Shown in pieces: positions 46,484 to 56,033 of a DNA stretch of 57,175 bases; position 1 is the first letter of the stretch, and every line of letters starts with the position of its first letter. Position numbers and translations under genes: made by a program. Location of the stretch: assembly GCA_944389965.1 (NCBI GenBank), contig CALXOI010000001.1:1-57175 (forward strand). Direction: 5' to 3'. This stretch comes from an uncultured Treponema sp. (lineage in GTDB: Bacteria > Spirochaetota > Spirochaetia > Treponematales > Treponemataceae). Under the pieces are notes generated by a model. That model saw only the letters and a list, made by a program, of their open reading frames with translations. It was not told where the DNA came from and searched no databases.

Positions 46484-48244
46484 ATGATTCAGGATATTAC
46501 GATTACGGTTTATTCTTCCGCTGCGGCTGCAGCCGGTGCACTTACCGGGCAGGAGTTGCGCTCTTCTGCTGCCCGCCGGTTGGGGTGTTCTGCTGGAGAT
46601 GTTACGGCGGTGGTTTTCAAGAAAAAATCGCTGGATGCCCGGCATGGTAAAGTTAAATTCCATTTGAAATATACGGTGTATACAAAACCGGATATTCCTC
46701 CGGTGCCCGGCGGTAGAGAACCGCTTCCCGAATACCGGCAGGCAGATCCGTCCCGCCGGGTAATTATTATTGGCAGCGGGCCAGCCGGTTTGTTTGCAGC
46801 TCTGCGCTTGCTGGAAAACGGTATTACACCGGTTATTGTAGAGCGGGGAAGTACTGTTTCCAGACGCAAACGGGATATTGCTGACATCAGCCGTCTGTAC
46901 CGGGTTGATCCTGACTCAAATTATTGTTTTGGGGAAGGTGGCGCCGGAACTTTTTCTGACGGAAAACTTTACACTCGCTCCCATAAACGGGGAAACCCAG
47001 CCCGGATTTACAGGATCTTCAACCGGTTTGGTGCGCCGGATTCAATCTTAACGGATGCCCATCCCCATATCGGGACAGATCTTTTACCACGGATTGTCCA
47101 TAATATGACGGAGTACATCTGCTCGCTGGGGGGAGAGGTTCTATTCAACAGCCGGTGTACCGGATTCTTGTTGGAATCTTCTGGAGAAGGGTTATCTGAT
47201 TCTGCCGGTACAGGAGAAAAGAATGCAGTGCAGCATATTACCGGTATTGCGATATGCAACACCATAACCGGTGAAAAGCGGCTGCTTTCTGCTCCGGCTG
47301 TTATTCTGGCTGCGGGACATTCTGCAGATGACATATATGAATACATCGCCGGCATCGCCCCGGCGGCATTGGAACAAAAAACTTTTGCGGCGGGTGTCCG
47401 GGTTGAGCATCCCCGGGCGGTGATTGACAGGATTCAATACCATGGTAAAGATGCTGATGGAAAACTGCCGGCAGCTGAATACCGGCTCACAGCACAGGTT
47501 GACGGAAGAGGAGTGTATTCTTTTTGTATGTGTCCCGGAGGGCTTGTAGTACCTTCTTCCAGCAGTAACGATGGTCTTGTGGTGAATGGTATGTCGCCGT
47601 CCAGCCGGGGCGGCAGGTGGTCAAATGCGGCATTGGTAGTGGAAATAAAACCGGAGGATGCGGCGGAAATGCTCCGGAAAGCCGGTATGCCCGTGACCCC
47701 TTCCGGATTTACTGGTTGCGGTTGCGGAACCGGTGACAGCACCCATTTTGTACCGGCAGAGGTTTCTTCAGGAAACAATCCGCTGGCCGGGTTGTATTTC
47801 CGGCGCTGGTTGGAACGGTTGGCACTGGAACAGGGGGACGGGCAACAGGCTCCTGCCCAGCGGCTGACGGATTTCCTTTCCGGGAATGATTCCCGGTCAC
47901 TGCCGGAATCTTCTTATACGCCGGGGCTGGTTCCGTCCCGTCTTGATTTGTGGCTGCCGGAACATATCAGTACACGGTTGAGAACTGCCGTATATCAGTT
48001 TGATACAAGGATGCGGGGGTTTATTACAGAGGATGCCGTGTTGATTGCTCCTGAAACCAGAACATCCACGCCGGTCAGAATACTCCGGGATGCGGTTTCC
48101 GGGGAATGCCCTCTGATACGGGGATTGTATCCTGCCGGGGAAGGTTCTGGTTATGCCGGCGGTATTGTTTCTTCTGCAATGGACGGGGAACGGGTTGCCG
48201 CCTCTGTTGCCGGGATATTCAGCCGGAGTCCGGCAGCGGGATAA
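46484..48244 (+). CDS. FAD-dependent oxidoreductase (COG2509-like)
   Basis: GSGPAG, GEGGAGTFSDGKL, PHIGTD, YSFCMCPGG, ETRTS.PVRI, GEGSGYAGGI.S.A.DG. Confidence 0.9.
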   Translation: MIQDITITVYSSAAAAAGALTGQELRSSAARRLGCSAGDVTAVVFKKKSLDARHGKVKFHLKYTVYTKPDIPPVPGGREPLPEYRQADPSRRVIIIGSGPAGLFAALRLLENGITPVIVERGSTVSRRKRDIADISRLYRVDPDSNYCFGEGGAGTFSDGKLYTRSHKRGNPARIYRIFNRFGAPDSILTDAHPHIGTDLLPRIVHNMTEYICSLGGEVLFNSRCTGFLLESSGEGLSDSAGTGEKNAVQHITGIAICNTITGEKRLLSAPAVILAAGHSADDIYEYIAGIAPAALEQKTFAAGVRVEHPRAVIDRIQYHGKDADGKLPAAEYRLTAQVDGRGVYSFCMCPGGLVVPSSSSNDGLVVNGMSPSSRGGRWSNAALVVEIKPEDAAEMLRKAGMPVTPSGFTGCGCGTGDSTHFVPAEVSSGNNPLAGLYFRRWLERLALEQGDGQQAPAQRLTDFLSGNDSRSLPESSYTPGLVPSRLDLWLPEHISTRLRTAVYQFDTRMRGFITEDAVLIAPETRTSTPVRILRDAVSGECPLIRGLYPAGEGSGYAGGIVSSAMDGERVAASVAGIFSRSPAAG

Positions 48245-48585
48245 CGGGTACGGTAACCGGAACGTTATAATTTTCTGTCCGGGCTGGAGGTGGAAAAGTT
48301 CCGGTTTGCGGGATTGGTTACAGGTAATAGGCTTGTGTGATTTTCTGGCCGGATTCTGAGGTGTCCGGAGTCTGCCGTACCGGTTCGTCCGGCTGCGGAC
48401 ATGACAGGATGTTGTTTGGGACGTCCGGACTGATGGTTCTGCTGCGGATTTTATGTGTTCTGATTTTATGCGGCTGTTCTGCCGGTGACACCGTTTTTCC
48501 GGTATATCTGTATGATTTGTTTTCCTGTATCAAGTTGGAATATTTTGTGCGGTAAAAGTAATATACTTATGGTATAGTATAAAAT

Positions 48586-50412
48586 ATGAAGATACCTCAC
48601 CTGCCGTTTTTCTGGCGGTTGTTTTTAGCTTTTGTGCTGTGCAGTTTCATCCCGATTTTTGTTCTTTCTTTTGTGGTTACCGGTGTATTCCAGCAGGTGA
48701 TTACCCGGCACAGTGAACAGCAAAAGAACAGCATCATGGAACAGATAAACAATATTGTCAGTGAATATGTACTGACAGCTCTGCAGACTGCTACAGATAT
48801 GGCTGATCTTCCGGTAATACAGGATTATTGTCAGTTTCCTCTAGAAAGGAACAACCCTCAGAAATTGAAACAAAGTCTGCTGATTTCAGATATATTCCAG
48901 CGGATACGGCTTATTGAATCTTCCGGCAGGTATCAGGTTTTTGTTATTTCTGCAGACCGCCGGAGTCTTTCCCGGGGGATAATTCCCGAACAGTACACGG
49001 ATGCGGCGTATGGATCATGGGGTGTGTTCGGGGCTTTGTCACAACAGCGGACACCGTGTCTGTTTACCCAACCCCATCCTGATACGGGCAACAGTGTTGT
49101 TGCCGCTGCAATTGCACCTGTCATGGTTGCCGGAGAAGTTGAACCGGTCGGATACGTTATTGTTGACATTCTCCGCAGCACGGTTCATTCCAGTATTACC
49201 GGAATCAGTGATTTTCAGACAACATTCAGTTCCCTCATTTTGTATGATTCAACCCGCTGTATTATGTTCAGCTATTTCCACCCGGAACAGGAAGCTTCGT
49301 TTTTTGATGAAGTTTTTCTACAGGAAACACAAGATACTGTAGCCGGCAGTACAATACACGGAACAGATATTACGGTGTGCGGAAAACTGATTATACCTGC
49401 CGCATTCAGGTATCTTCATGAATTCCAGTCTATGGCATTGTTGCTTGCCCTGTTTACCGGAGCGGCTGCTTGTGTCATTGCTGTTGTCCTGTCAAAATCC
49501 CTTGCTTCCCCGATACAGTCCCTAACCAAAGCTATGTATCAGGCAGAGAACGGAAACCTGAACAGTTGTTGTCCTGAGCCGCATTCCCTGATTAGTACCA
49601 CAAAAGAAATGCTTTTTCTTATCAGACGGTTTAACCGCATGGTTGAAAGAATCCGTCTGCTTATGGAGAATACCGTGGAACAGGAACGCCGGTTGCGTAT
49701 TTCTGAAGTAAAAGCACTGCAGGCGCAGATCAATCCTCATTTTCTTTATAATACATTGAATTCGATAAAAGCTATGGCAAAATTGTCTGGTAACCAGGAT
49801 ATCGCGGATATTGTAATCAGTCTGGGTAAGTTGTTGCGCAATGAATTCAGCGGGGAAAGGGATTTCGTTCCGCTCCGGTCGGAACTTGACCATATCCGTA
49901 GTTACTTTGATATAGAAACCTACCGGTGGCCGGGACGTTTTGTGCTGGACGAAGAAATTGAACCGGCTATATTGGATTATTCTGTGCCACGGTTGCTTTT
50001 GCAGCCGCTGGTAGAAAATGCGTTGCTGCATGGGTTGGAACAAAAAAGTGGCAACGGGAAACTGTCTATCCGGGGATATTTGTGTCCCCGGATAGAGGGT
50101 TCCGGTAGCGGAATAACGCAGGGCAAAGACATTTTATTGTCTGTTGCAGATGATGGGTGCGGAATTCCTGCAGAACGGCTTTCCAGCCTGCAACATTGTC
50201 TGCGGCAAGTATCTTGTGTTGACGGAGACACGACTATCGTATCTGTTCCGCAGGATACCCGGCTGGATTCAAATGGTATTGCGCTGCAGAATACACACCG
50301 GCGGATTATCATTCTGTATGGTATACCGTACGGACTCCATATCGATTCTGTACATGGCGAAGGAACACGTATTACCATCCGCATACCGTACATACCGGAG
50401 CAGCCCGTATGA
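48586..50412 (+). CDS. YesM/LytS-type sensor histidine kinase
   Basis: Two TMs, HAMP, ALQAQINPHFLYNTL, LQPLVENA..HG, DDG.G, GT.ITIRIP. Confidence 0.93.
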   Translation: MKIPHLPFFWRLFLAFVLCSFIPIFVLSFVVTGVFQQVITRHSEQQKNSIMEQINNIVSEYVLTALQTATDMADLPVIQDYCQFPLERNNPQKLKQSLLISDIFQRIRLIESSGRYQVFVISADRRSLSRGIIPEQYTDAAYGSWGVFGALSQQRTPCLFTQPHPDTGNSVVAAAIAPVMVAGEVEPVGYVIVDILRSTVHSSITGISDFQTTFSSLILYDSTRCIMFSYFHPEQEASFFDEVFLQETQDTVAGSTIHGTDITVCGKLIIPAAFRYLHEFQSMALLLALFTGAAACVIAVVLSKSLASPIQSLTKAMYQAENGNLNSCCPEPHSLISTTKEMLFLIRRFNRMVERIRLLMENTVEQERRLRISEVKALQAQINPHFLYNTLNSIKAMAKLSGNQDIADIVISLGKLLRNEFSGERDFVPLRSELDHIRSYFDIETYRWPGRFVLDEEIEPAILDYSVPRLLLQPLVENALLHGLEQKSGNGKLSIRGYLCPRIEGSGSGITQGKDILLSVADDGCGIPAERLSSLQHCLRQVSCVDGDTTIVSVPQDTRLDSNGIALQNTHRRIIILYGIPYGLHIDSVHGEGTRITIRIPYIPEQPV

Positions 50413-51206
50413 TAACAGTGCTTGTTGTGGAAGATGAACCCCTTGTCAGACAGGAAATTGTCCAGTTAACGGACTGGCAGTCGCTGGGGTGTACCTGTAT
50501 TGGCGGTGCATCCTGCGGAAAAGAAGGCATTGAACTGTACAACCGGTATCGACCGGATATTATAATAACGGACATCAGAATGCCGGAAGTTAACGGTTTG
50601 GAAATGATAGAAATCATCAGTGAAATCTCCGCCGCAACAACCGGCGAGGTAAAAACCGGTTTTATTATTCTTTCCGGGTACAGTGATTTTGAATATGCCC
50701 GGCGGGCAATGCGGTCCGGGGTTCAGGAATACATTGTGAAACCCGTGGATGACGAGGAATTGAAAGCTGCGATACTCAGAATTAAACGGAGGATTCTAAA
50801 ACAGCCGGAAATCCAGTCACCGGTTCTGCCGGAAATCCTGCCGCCTTATGAATCTTCAGATAAAAACAGTCCCGCCGGCCGTATCACTGGCAAGGCAATA
50901 GAGCTGATTCAATCGCATTATATCGGCGGCATCACCATCGAATCTGCCGCAGAAAAACTGTCATTGTCTGCCGGCTATTTAAGCCGCATTTTCAAACAGG
51001 AAACATCATATACTTTTGTGGATTACCTGACCCGGTACCGCATTCAACAGGCAGCACTGCTGCTGCAGGATGATTCGGTAAAAATCTATGAGGTTGCAGA
51101 TTTGGTGGGGTACACCGATCCCCGGTATTTTGGTCAGATATTCAAGCGTCTGACCGGATATACACCGAAAGAATACCGGGAATATGTGTTTCATCATTCA
51201 AATTGA
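50409..51206 (+). CDS. YesN-type response regulator (REC + AraC)
   Basis: VEDE, TDIRMP, KP; YLSRIFKQET, VGY.DPRYF..IFK. Confidence 0.94.
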   Translation: MITVLVVEDEPLVRQEIVQLTDWQSLGCTCIGGASCGKEGIELYNRYRPDIIITDIRMPEVNGLEMIEIISEISAATTGEVKTGFIILSGYSDFEYARRAMRSGVQEYIVKPVDDEELKAAILRIKRRILKQPEIQSPVLPEILPPYESSDKNSPAGRITGKAIELIQSHYIGGITIESAAEKLSLSAGYLSRIFKQETSYTFVDYLTRYRIQQAALLLQDDSVKIYEVADLVGYTDPRYFGQIFKRLTGYTPKEYREYVFHHSN

Positions 51207-51217
51207 TGAACTGCCGT

Positions 51218-52222
51218 TTACAAGTCCCGCCACCGGCGCAGAATAGTGGTCCGCTGCTGGGCTGCGGTAAAAATATCATAGGGAAGGATATGTATTGAAT
51301 CAAAGGGTTCCGCGCCGACCGGTAACGGTACGTCATGCCTGACACTGCGCCGGTACCAGCGGCGGGAAACAAGGTTTTGGACGTCCTGTCCCAGTACAAA
51401 ATCGATAAAATCTTTTGCAGCCTGGGAGTGCGGTGCATTTTTGATGAGGGCAACTCCGTCAGGAACGGCAATGGTTCCGTCTTCGGGATAAATGACAGCC
51501 AATGGTTCTCCCCGTTCTATTTCCGGCAGGGCTGCGTCTTCTGATGTCAGTCCGATAAAAAAGCCGCCGCTTATTACTTCAGGATTGACGTTACTGGAAG
51601 ACACCGCAATGCCTGCTTCTCCGGCAGCTTCTTTTATCTGTTTCACGAGCTGCCACCGGTCTTCTTTTCCGGTAGCGGCGAGAACCGCATTCAGCAGACT
51701 GTATGCGGAACCGGAACGCAGGGGGTCCGGCATAATAATTCTGCCGTGGAAAAATGAAGACGGCAGTTCATCCCACCGGGATGGAACCATGTACGGCGGA
51801 ACCAGCTCCGTGTTGTATACCATCACCATGGTCATTACGGAAAATCCAAGCCAGTAATATGCCGGATCACAGTAGGCAATGTCAATGTATTTCAGCTGGG
51901 GACTTTGATACGGTTCAAATAAATGAACCATTGATTCGAGGGATTCAATACCTCCGCCCCAGAATACATCGGCATTGTAGATTCCGTCCTGATGTTCCCG
52001 GTCAAGCCGGGAAAGCAGTTCTGTTGTTCCTGAATATTCAACCTGCACGATGTATCCTGTGCGTTGCCGGAATTCTTTAATGATAAAATCACTTTTTCCT
52101 TTCGGGTGAGGGGAGTAAATGACTAAATCAACCTGCTGTTCTACCGCAGCAGGTTCTGTCCGGGTGCAGGACAGAACCAACGAACAACAACAGAGTACAA
52201 ACCCTAACAAGCAGCGGTTCAT
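51218..52222 (-). CDS. Extracellular solute-binding lipoprotein (AfuA/PgtC/HptA-like)
   Basis: Lipobox-like VLSC; LVIYSP, ADVFWGG, PDP..SGS, YPEDGT...PDGVALIK.A, AK.FIDF. Confidence 0.82.
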   Translation of the reverse strand: MNRCLLGFVLCCCSLVLSCTRTEPAAVEQQVDLVIYSPHPKGKSDFIIKEFRQRTGYIVQVEYSGTTELLSRLDREHQDGIYNADVFWGGGIESLESMVHLFEPYQSPQLKYIDIAYCDPAYYWLGFSVMTMVMVYNTELVPPYMVPSRWDELPSSFFHGRIIMPDPLRSGSAYSLLNAVLAATGKEDRWQLVKQIKEAAGEAGIAVSSSNVNPEVISGGFFIGLTSEDAALPEIERGEPLAVIYPEDGTIAVPDGVALIKNAPHSQAAKDFIDFVLGQDVQNLVSRRWYRRSVRHDVPLPVGAEPFDSIHILPYDIFTAAQQRTTILRRWRDL

Positions 52223-52258
52223 GATATTCCGTACTATATCACAGCCGGTGGCTGTTGA

Positions 52259-53155
52259 CTATTCTTTTCCGGCGGAATACATTGCGCTGCCGCCTAAAAA
52301 GTATTTGGACAAAGAAATAAACAGCAGAATCATCGGAATACTTGCCAGCAGGGCTACGGCCATCATAGCTCCTTCATCTGCGAATTTTTCTTCAGTAAAA
52401 CTGGTAATGTATGTCGGCAGCGTTTTCAATTCCGGTGTTTGGGCTACCATCAGCGGCCACATCAGGTTGTCCCACTGTTGCCGGAACGTAAGGATTGCCA
52501 GCGTTGCCAGAGCAGGACCGGAATTAACCATAACAATCCGGGAAAAAATAGATGGTTCGGAACATCCATCAATGCGTGCTGCGTCAAGTATGTCATCGGG
52601 GAACGTCTGCAGGTACTGCCGCATCATAAATACCCCGAACGCATTCATCATAAACGGAATAATCAGACCCCGGTAGGAATTTTGTATGTTCAGTTTGAGT
52701 ACAACCATGTACAGCGGTACCATAATAGTTTCAAAGGGAATCATCATGGTCATCATGATAAACAGAAAAACAATGTTTCTGCCTTTGAAATGGAATTTAG
52801 ACAGACTGTAGCCGGTCAGCGATGACAGAACCAGTGTGGTGACGGTAACGCTGGTAGAAACAATGAGGGAGTTCAGCACGTTGCGCAGGAACGTAAAGCG
52901 GTTGTCATTTCCTGCCAATGCCCGGTAAAAGTTGTGCCACTCTATTTTACGGGGAATCCAGCGGTATGGAATGGTGGTAATATCAGCAGCCGGCATAAAT
53001 GCTGCGGTAAACATGAAGATCAACGGCAGAATGATTGCCACCGCTGCGAGAACCAGAAACAACGACATGGCAAAGTTCCGTATCCTGTCCGGTGCAAAAA
53101 CCATGACGGCAATAAACAACAATGCAGCTCCGGTAAGAATCAGCAAAAGTTCCAT
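52259..53155 (-). CDS. Carbohydrate ABC transporter permease (MalG-like)
   Basis: DAARIDGC, MMIPF, FGVFMMRQY. Confidence 0.92.
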   Translation of the reverse strand: MELLLILTGAALLFIAVMVFAPDRIRNFAMSLFLVLAAVAIILPLIFMFTAAFMPAADITTIPYRWIPRKIEWHNFYRALAGNDNRFTFLRNVLNSLIVSTSVTVTTLVLSSLTGYSLSKFHFKGRNIVFLFIMMTMMIPFETIMVPLYMVVLKLNIQNSYRGLIIPFMMNAFGVFMMRQYLQTFPDDILDAARIDGCSEPSIFSRIVMVNSGPALATLAILTFRQQWDNLMWPLMVAQTPELKTLPTYITSFTEEKFADEGAMMAVALLASIPMILLFISLSKYFLGGSAMYSAGKE

Positions 53156-53164
53156 GAAATCCTC

Positions 53165-54061
53165 CTAGTATGATACATCATCGCTGCGGGATATTCTGAG
53201 CTGGATAACCGTCAGAATCAACATGAACAAAAACAACAACACACTCATGACGCTGGCACGGCCTACGTTATATTCCCGCATTGCGGTATTGTATACATTC
53301 AATGTGATGACATTTATCGGCGCTTTTGGAGAACCGGCCTGGGTGAACAGATACTGGGTAGAAAATGTCTTGAGACATTGCAACATTGCCATAATCGAGA
53401 CAAGTGCGGTTGTGGGTTTTAGCAAGGGAAGGGTGATTCTGAAAAACACCTGTCCCCGGCTTGCCCCGTCAATAGTTGCGGCTTCGTAAATACCCCGGGG
53501 AATTTTGCCCAGTCCGGTGATAAACAGAACGGTGAAGTAACCGATATATTTCCAGAAGTAGACAATCATAGTGGAAATTTGAAGCATAATACTGTCACTG
53601 AGCCAGTGGAAATCCTGTCCGGTTGTTCCTGACAGAATGTTTGCAAACTGGTTTGCCAGCCCCCGGGGTTCAAATATCATTTTCCAGATAAGGGCTGCAA
53701 CGACGGAAGACAACACTGCCGGTGAATAGTAAATCAATTGGAATGCCCGGGAGCCTTTCGGGCGCAGTGTCAGAAAGGTAGCCAGTATAAGACTGACAAT
53801 TACCAAAGGAATAAAGGTTCCCAATGTAAAGACAACCGTTGCCCGGACGGAATTCCAGAAATCACTGGAAGTGAATATACGGATATAGTTATCAAAACCT
53901 ATCCAGACAGGAGGTGCAAGGGAAATCATGCTTTTTTTGCAGAAACTGAGATATATTGCATTGATAATCGGATAAAATGAAAAGATGGTAAAAAATATCA
54001 GTGCAGGAATTACAAAAATCCAACCCCATCGGGCTATTTTTTTTTCAAGGGAATGGGCCAC
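53165..54061 (-). CDS. Carbohydrate ABC transporter permease (MalF-like)
   Basis: EAATIDGAS, ITLPLLKPT, GFDNY; GTG start after GGAGG. Confidence 0.92.
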   Translation of the reverse strand: MAHSLEKKIARWGWIFVIPALIFFTIFSFYPIINAIYLSFCKKSMISLAPPVWIGFDNYIRIFTSSDFWNSVRATVVFTLGTFIPLVIVSLILATFLTLRPKGSRAFQLIYYSPAVLSSVVAALIWKMIFEPRGLANQFANILSGTTGQDFHWLSDSIMLQISTMIVYFWKYIGYFTVLFITGLGKIPRGIYEAATIDGASRGQVFFRITLPLLKPTTALVSIMAMLQCLKTFSTQYLFTQAGSPKAPINVITLNVYNTAMREYNVGRASVMSVLLFLFMLILTVIQLRISRSDDVSY

Positions 54062-54164
54062 GGTTCACCTCCATATAATGATTGAAGAAAACAGGGCTGC
54101 CATTATGCTTTACCGCATCATTGACAGCCCTTAATCCCGCTTGATTTATCGGAGTAACCGGAGG

Positions 54165-55493
54165 TTACATCTGATTATCAAGCAGTTCCTGGGCAGAAGC
54201 TTTCAATTTTGCGACGGCTGCTTCTGGTGTTACATCGCTCATCATCACGTTTTCGATTGCTTCTTTAATCAGTTCATTAATCTGCCAGCTTGCTGCACCG
54301 TAATAAACCGGGTGTGCCCGTTCCAAGTCGGCCATAAACACATCGCTGTAAGGCATACTCTTGAACAGCTCGCTTTCAAGCAGTTCTTTTCTCGGTTGAA
54401 CCAGTGCAACTTCCCGCAGATAGTCTTCTGCATGGCTCAGCAGGAAATTAATGAACTTCCAGGCTTCTTTTTGTTCTGCTTCAGGAATTTGGGAATTGAC
54501 CATGTAGTATTGGAAATAGTAGCAGTTTGCAATATCCTGTCCGCCTTCAAAAACCGGATACGGGATGACCATCCAGTCATCGCTGTTGTAGAATTCTTCA
54601 TTAGCGGTTTTCATGCGGGCTTCCTGATACAGACCTGACAGGTGCATGGCAATTTCATCCCGGTCGTTGTCAAATTGTTTGCGGGCAGCAGTGTAGGTAG
54701 GTGAACCGAGATTTTTGCCAACAGGACCCCATTCTTTCATATAGGAAAGAGCTTTTATCCATGCCTGTTCATTTACAATAGCAGTTTTTCCGTCATCGGA
54801 AACAACTTTTCCGCCCAGCTGTTCAACCATCGGAACCCAGCTGATAAGATAGTCACCGTAGCGGAAATCAAACCCACGGCGGATAACAATGTCCCCGTTG
54901 CGTTTGACAATTTTTTCGGAAACAGCCATAACATCTTCCCAGGTTTTGGGGTAATCAGTTTCAGCATTGAGTCCGACTTCTGCAAACATTTTTTTGTTAA
55001 GGTAAATACACCAGTTGTTCAGTTCCAGCGGGAGTCCGTAAATTTTACCTTTTTTCCCCAACAGAGAACCATCAATATCGGTAACCGGATCGAGCATTTT
55101 GTCTGCATACATTGCTTTTACCGCAGCTTCATCTTTGACTCCCAGTGCTTCCGGATCTACCGGCGCGCACAATCCTTGGGCAAGAAGCGGATAGGCTTTC
55201 TGAAGTTCCATGTTCCAGATGGACGGAGCATTGCGTGCCGCATATGCGGTAGGAATCAAGTCCTGTATTTTTGTGGACGGATACACAGAATAACTGATTT
55301 TTACATGGGGATTTTGAGCCATGTATTCTGCTGCCCAGGCTTCTTCCAGCCGCTGCCGGTTTACATCTTCGTGTGTCCACATAATCAGTTCTATGGGCTT
55401 GTCAGCGGATGGTTCTTTGCTGCCACCGGCAAATAGTGATGCAGTAGAAAACAGCATACAGACTGCCAGTGCAATACCAATCATTTTTTTCAT
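54165..55493 (-). CDS. Sugar ABC transporter substrate-binding protein
   Basis: MKK...LFAGG signal, IYGLP, YLNKKMF..GL, PKTWED, AWKFINFL. Confidence 0.9.
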   Translation of the reverse strand: MKKMIGIALAVCMLFSTASLFAGGSKEPSADKPIELIMWTHEDVNRQRLEEAWAAEYMAQNPHVKISYSVYPSTKIQDLIPTAYAARNAPSIWNMELQKAYPLLAQGLCAPVDPEALGVKDEAAVKAMYADKMLDPVTDIDGSLLGKKGKIYGLPLELNNWCIYLNKKMFAEVGLNAETDYPKTWEDVMAVSEKIVKRNGDIVIRRGFDFRYGDYLISWVPMVEQLGGKVVSDDGKTAIVNEQAWIKALSYMKEWGPVGKNLGSPTYTAARKQFDNDRDEIAMHLSGLYQEARMKTANEEFYNSDDWMVIPYPVFEGGQDIANCYYFQYYMVNSQIPEAEQKEAWKFINFLLSHAEDYLREVALVQPRKELLESELFKSMPYSDVFMADLERAHPVYYGAASWQINELIKEAIENVMMSDVTPEAAVAKLKASAQELLDNQM

Positions 55494-55662
55494 ATTTTCC
55501 TCCTTGCAAACGGTAAACAGATTTTCTGTCTGTATACAGGATGAATCTACCGTGCTCTTTTTACAAGGAGGTAATTCTGTTATTTTGTTTAAAATTCTGA
55601 CATCAGTGTATGGTTTCCGGTCTATTTTGTGATTCTGTTATGTTCAGACGGTGTTATGGAAG

Positions 55663-56033
55663 TGTGTGGCCTCCCTTCCGGATACAGCCGTTTGAAGGCG
55701 GCTCACGTCCGGGAAGTTTCACGGAGTTTTTCAACCTCATCAACAGGCATGTGTGTCAAAGACGCGATAACTTCTGCAGACAACCCCTGCTCAAAAGCAG
55801 CGTATACAATATCCCGCATACTTTCCTGCCGGCCCTGTTGTATACCTTGTTGTATGCCTTCTTCCCGGCCTTTAATTAGCCCTCTGTTTTCCCCGATTTC
55901 AATTCCTTTTTCCAAGCCCTGCTCAATACCTTCCTTCACACCTTCGGCCTTACCTTCGCACCATTTGTCATATAAGTCTAATTCATACTTCATGTGGGGC
56001 CTCCCGTCAGGAAAAAGTCGTTTGAAGGCGGCT
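55663..56033. repeat. 41-bp imperfect direct repeats (55663-55703 and 55993-56033), 330 bp apart, flanking the Rpn C-terminal module
   Basis: 35/41 identical; shared core CGTTTGAAGGCGGCT. Confidence 0.85.
55703..55993 (-). CDS. Predicted in-frame internal small protein (RpnS-like, 96 aa)
   Basis: GGGAGG-CCCCAC-ATG inside the Rpn gene; MKYELDLYDKW...ETSRT. Confidence 0.6.
   Translation of the reverse strand: MKYELDLYDKWCEGKAEGVKEGIEQGLEKGIEIGENRGLIKGREEGIQQGIQQGRQESMRDIVYAAFEQGLSAEVIASLTHMPVDEVEKLRETSRT

Noticed and set aside
55663-56033. Diversity-generating retroelement TR/VR pair
   Set aside because: The repeat is only 41 bp, the mismatches are not confined to adenines of one copy and are mostly synonymous, and no reverse transcriptase is visible.
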